Of a stretch of 26,518 nt of DNA, positions 23,229-26,518 are shown one piece after another (the first letter of the stretch is position 1; each line of letters starts with the position of its first letter). The stretch is from a virus (lineage: Duplodnaviria > Caudoviricetes), in IMG/VR virus record IMGVR_UViG_3300027644_000051, positions 1 through 26,518 of that record. The stretch is one strand, 5' to 3'. The notes under the pieces were generated by a model, which saw nothing but the letters and a program-made list of their open reading frames with translations, had not been told where the DNA came from and made no database searches. The position numbers and the translations under genes are program-made.

Positions 23229-25361
23229 TCCAGCCGCATATGGCTGCACATTGCTACCGATAGCGCCACCAGTGAATCCACCTAACCCAGCAGCGCGTGC
23301 CCGATCTCGGCCCTGACGCTCCAACTCCATCATAAGATCGTTGAGTCGTTGCTGGTCACGCGATAGCAGGATCTGCCCCATCTGGTTACGCACAGGCTCT
23401 GGCGTTCTGACGCTGCTTGCTAGGTTAGCCGCTGACGTAATCATGCCTGGCACATTGCCGCTTGCGACAGACTGACCGGCAGCCATAGCTGGAGCAATAT
23501 CCAGGTCAGACATACCAGCCAAGCGCGCTGCTGTTTGCGACCCACGGCCAGCAGACTCAAGACCTTTCAGTCGTGCCTCTTGAGCTACAGCAGACGCGAA
23601 CTTGCGGTAATCGTTCTCAAACACTGCCTTCAGACGCTCCTGAGTAGCTGGCTCCTTCCACATCTTCAGCAGTGACGTTTGACCAGCCTCTGTGCCTGTC
23701 TTTTGGCGCAAGGACTGCAACGCACCGATGCGGAACGCATCAATCTCTGATCCAGACAACTTACTTAATTCCTGCCTAAAGTTGACAATATCTCCCGTCA
23801 TGGCCTTGCGGCCGAGTTCGGCTGCATCCATCATCTGCGACGGTCCTGCCCACTTATCCAACGCCTGCCTGTAGGCAGACTGACCGCCTAACTTTGGCGA
23901 CTTGTCAACCAAAAAACTGGTTAGGTTGACGCGAATATCGTCAATGGCCTTTGCCTGGTTCCCGCTGCCTGATTGCTTGGCTGTTTGTGCCGCGTCGTAC
24001 AGCGACTGCTTGACAGTGTCCAGCACCGTCATGGGTACGACATCGCCTTTTTTAAGGTTACCAAGGTTTATCTCTTGACCAGTTTGCCGACGGAACAATG
24101 TCTCAGCACCGCCTTGCAAGTCCCTAGACTTTTGCAACAGGTTGAGTAGATTGTCATCAACCGTCACGCTGGCATACTTGATGGCATCGTAGAACGGTTG
24201 CGCCTGGTCCTTACGCATGGTATTGAATGCGTCCAGGCTCTGTTGGAACTGAGCGCCCTGCGTGCCCAAAGCCTCGTCAGCGGCAGTCATCATGCGCCCT
24301 GCACGTCCTGCTTGGCGCTCACGGATAGCACGCTCCAGCGCCTGCTTAGTCTCACCAGGCAGGGTTGCAATCGTATCCAGCAAGCCACGCACGTTAGCGC
24401 CTCCAACGTCAGCGATACGCGCCTCTGGTCCGAGCTTACCCATCCTGGCCTGCGACATGGTGAGTGCGCTTTGCAGTAGGTCTGGTGGCGTGTCGCGCAG
24501 CAAAGCCTCGGCAACTTTCTGCTGTGCGTAGCGTGATGCTGCTGTATCAGATACCCGCGCCACTACTTGCCGACCAGCGGCTCCCAATACGCCCATCACC
24601 GGCTGGGTAACAGGACCGAGTACGCCGCCAATGGCTGCGCTTGTGAGTGCGTCCTGGGTGATCTGGCTTATGTCCTCACCAGTTGAAGATCCTGCGCCAC
24701 CAATGAGGCCATATCCAACGCCAGAAGCACCGGCCTGCGCCATGCGCTGACCCATACCCATAGTCTGACCAGCGGCTGGTGCGCCAGCCAGGTATCGTCC
24801 TGCGCTCTGCATACCGGCTGCAACTCTTGGCGCTACCGCCTGAACTCCAGACACCACCGGCGCTGCTGCAGCACCAATTGCCCTGCTTGTGAGGTTAGAC
24901 ATTGCCAGTGGGACTGACGCAACGCCCTGCAATCCAGCAGACGTGAATGGTCTCTCTTTCATGAATGACTCAGTCGCACCGCGCACTACGTCACGCTGCT
25001 GCTGGTACGCCTGGCCTAGCGGGATGTTCTGCTGGTACGCAAGCAAAGGCGCAGCCATCGCCCCAGCCAACTCGTCAAAGTAGCCTAGAGTCGGGCCTTG
25101 CAGCGCAGTCAGAACCGCCTTTTCTGTAATGGACTTCTGAGCGCCCTGCTCAAACGATGGCGACCTACGCTCCATGATTGATTTGATAATCTCAGGCGCA
25201 GCGTAATTGCTCTCAAGTGCCGTAGTTACTTGCGGACCGATATTAGGTACGGTCTGTAAGAACTGAGCAATCTCCGCATCAGTGTAGTTAGCCTTCTTGG
25301 CCTCCAAGATTTGAGCGTTTAAGTCTTTCCACTCTTCCCATCCTGATTTTTCTTCAGCCAT
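23214..25361 (-). CDS. Putative internal virion / DNA ejection protein (715 aa)
   Basis: Large Ala/Gly/Gln-rich helical protein with QGPTLGYFDEL and GSQTAAR segments and a GLLGD end; terminal position in the late operon. Confidence 0.7.
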   Translation of the reverse strand: MAEEKSGWEEWKDLNAQILEAKKANYTDAEIAQFLQTVPNIGPQVTTALESNYAAPEIIKSIMERRSPSFEQGAQKSITEKAVLTALQGPTLGYFDELAGAMAAPLLAYQQNIPLGQAYQQQRDVVRGATESFMKERPFTSAGLQGVASVPLAMSNLTSRAIGAAAAPVVSGVQAVAPRVAAGMQSAGRYLAGAPAAGQTMGMGQRMAQAGASGVGYGLIGGAGSSTGEDISQITQDALTSAAIGGVLGPVTQPVMGVLGAAGRQVVARVSDTAASRYAQQKVAEALLRDTPPDLLQSALTMSQARMGKLGPEARIADVGGANVRGLLDTIATLPGETKQALERAIRERQAGRAGRMMTAADEALGTQGAQFQQSLDAFNTMRKDQAQPFYDAIKYASVTVDDNLLNLLQKSRDLQGGAETLFRRQTGQEINLGNLKKGDVVPMTVLDTVKQSLYDAAQTAKQSGSGNQAKAIDDIRVNLTSFLVDKSPKLGGQSAYRQALDKWAGPSQMMDAAELGRKAMTGDIVNFRQELSKLSGSEIDAFRIGALQSLRQKTGTEAGQTSLLKMWKEPATQERLKAVFENDYRKFASAVAQEARLKGLESAGRGSQTAARLAGMSDLDIAPAMAAGQSVASGNVPGMITSAANLASSVRTPEPVRNQMGQILLSRDQQRLNDLMMELERQGRDRARAAGLGGFTGGAIGSNVQPYAAGLLGD

Positions 25362-26518
25362 TATTTTGCTCCTCTAGGCTTGATGATGTCACCTAATGGT
25401 TTTCGGCCATCAGCACCGGCAGCCGCTGGTGGGGCGACTGGTTGATATCGATCAATCGTGTAAAGATCTCGATACTCCTCCATGCCAGGCAATCTAGTAG
25501 TTTTTTCCAAAAACTTTGCTTGGTCATCAAGTCGGAACTGTGCCATTTTTTGCGCTGCAACCAGTGCCGTTCGTAACTCTGCTGCGCTCATGTTTTGATC
25601 GCCAGCGGCAGAACGTTTCAGCATCTCACGCTCTGGTCCTGTAAGAGTTCCCTGTCCTTTTGTATATGACGCTGCATTAAGTTCTTGCTGCGCAAGACCC
25701 TGCACAACATTTTGCGTGTTGGAAAGAATTTCGTCAGCATTTTTACCAGCGACACCCATGAATTGACCAACGCGCAAAATTGTAGTTCGATAATCTGCCA
25801 ATGGTCCGGTGATAGCTTTATCAAGTGCAGGAAGAATCCTATCAATATTCGCTAAAGTTTGATTGGCGGTTTCTGCTTGCTCTGTTTTTGCGCTCAATCT
25901 ATCAATGATGTCCTTGTTAACCGGAACATTTCTTGCCTTTTGACCTGTGTCTACAGACACCTTTGTAGCACTTGCTTGTTGTGATTTTTCAAGTTCAGCA
26001 AGTCCAGCAGCACCTGTATTGGCCAATGATTTCCCACCAACATATTCAAGGTTTGTCACTAAAGATGACGGCGCGTTGTACTGGGATACACCAGCAAGTG
26101 GCTTGCTTGTCCCATCATCAAAGTATTGCATCATTGTCGGGACACCATTGACCACTTGCATTTGTGGTTGACCGACAGGTTTAGCTACTTGGCTAACGCC
26201 TGCAATGGGCTTAAAGGTTCCATCATCGTAATACTGAACCATCTGAGCCTTACCATCAACCAACTGCTGCTGTGGTTGACCGCTAGGTTTGGCTGCTGGC
26301 GTTACCGTTCCTCCACTAAATGGAACAGTCCCACCTGACTCTGTCCGCTGATAAAACTTACCATCAGCAGCCCTAAACGGCTCACCGACTGGCTTGTCTG
26401 CTGGCGTTACAGTGCCTTCGCTAAACAATACAGTCCCACCTGATTCAGTGCGCTGGTAATACTTACCATCAGCAGCTCTAAACGGCTCACCGACTGGTTT
26501 GTCTGCTGGCGTTACAGT
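25361..26518 (-). CDS. Putative internal virion / ejection protein with tandem repeats (5' end beyond the window)
   Basis: Frame is open to the right edge (TVTPADKPVGEPFRAADGKYYQ...), so the track's start at 26428 is not the true start. C-terminal KGQGTLTGPEREML. TAATG overlap with the next gene. Confidence 0.75.
   Translation of the reverse strand, partial: TVTPADKPVGEPFRAADGKYYQRTESGGTVLFSEGTVTPADKPVGEPFRAADGKFYQRTESGGTVPFSGGTVTPAAKPSGQPQQQLVDGKAQMVQYYDDGTFKPIAGVSQVAKPVGQPQMQVVNGVPTMMQYFDDGTSKPLAGVSQYNAPSSLVTNLEYVGGKSLANTGAAGLAELEKSQQASATKVSVDTGQKARNVPVNKDIIDRLSAKTEQAETANQTLANIDRILPALDKAITGPLADYRTTILRVGQFMGVAGKNADEILSNTQNVVQGLAQQELNAASYTKGQGTLTGPEREMLKRSAAGDQNMSAAELRTALVAAQKMAQFRLDDQAKFLEKTTRLPGMEEYRDLYTIDRYQPVAPPAAAGADGRKPLGDIIKPRGAK
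26070..26518 (-). repeat. Intragenic 105-108 bp tandem repeats (35-36 aa)
   Basis: CCATCAGCAG recurs at 26361 and 26466 (105 bp). Two type-A and two type-B units are visible. Confidence 0.85.

Noticed and set aside
1-26518. Stop-codon reassignment or diversity-generating retroelement
   Set aside because: Core genes are intact in the standard code and use all three stops; no reverse transcriptase or adenine-variable repeat pair is present.

Overview
This window is a large part of a tailed dsDNA phage genome. It has a podovirus-like layout and probably infects a Proteobacterium; both points are inferred from protein motifs, not database searches. Most genes lie on the - strand. Read right to left, the window holds two internal-virion/ejection-like proteins (one truncated at the window edge), a metallophosphoesterase and a hyper-acidic protein, and then a + strand cluster of small early genes. 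Next come a Cro-like HTH, a RuvC-like resolvase, a Cas4-like exonuclease, an SSB-like protein, a primase-helicase and a palindromic iteron array (probable origin). These are followed by a ParB-fused DNA methyltransferase, TerS, TerL, small basic proteins, a glycosyltransferase and methyltransferase pair, portal, scaffold, major capsid, a second glycosyltransferase, an adaptor, a free-standing HNH endonuclease and fibre-like structural genes. No integrase, DNA polymerase, lysis genes, tRNA or CRISPR array is visible. The most unusual element is the ~370 bp terS/terL junction, which clusters host chromosome-cycle signals: three perfect co-oriented DnaA boxes, an IHF-like site, a dif-like 28-mer and a KOPS/G-tract pointing at it. 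Other notable items are an HNH insertion that leaves the downstream structural gene with an apparent ATC start, a possible virion-glycosylation module, a protein with 42/96 D/E and no basic residues, and a HiPIP-like Cys protein.
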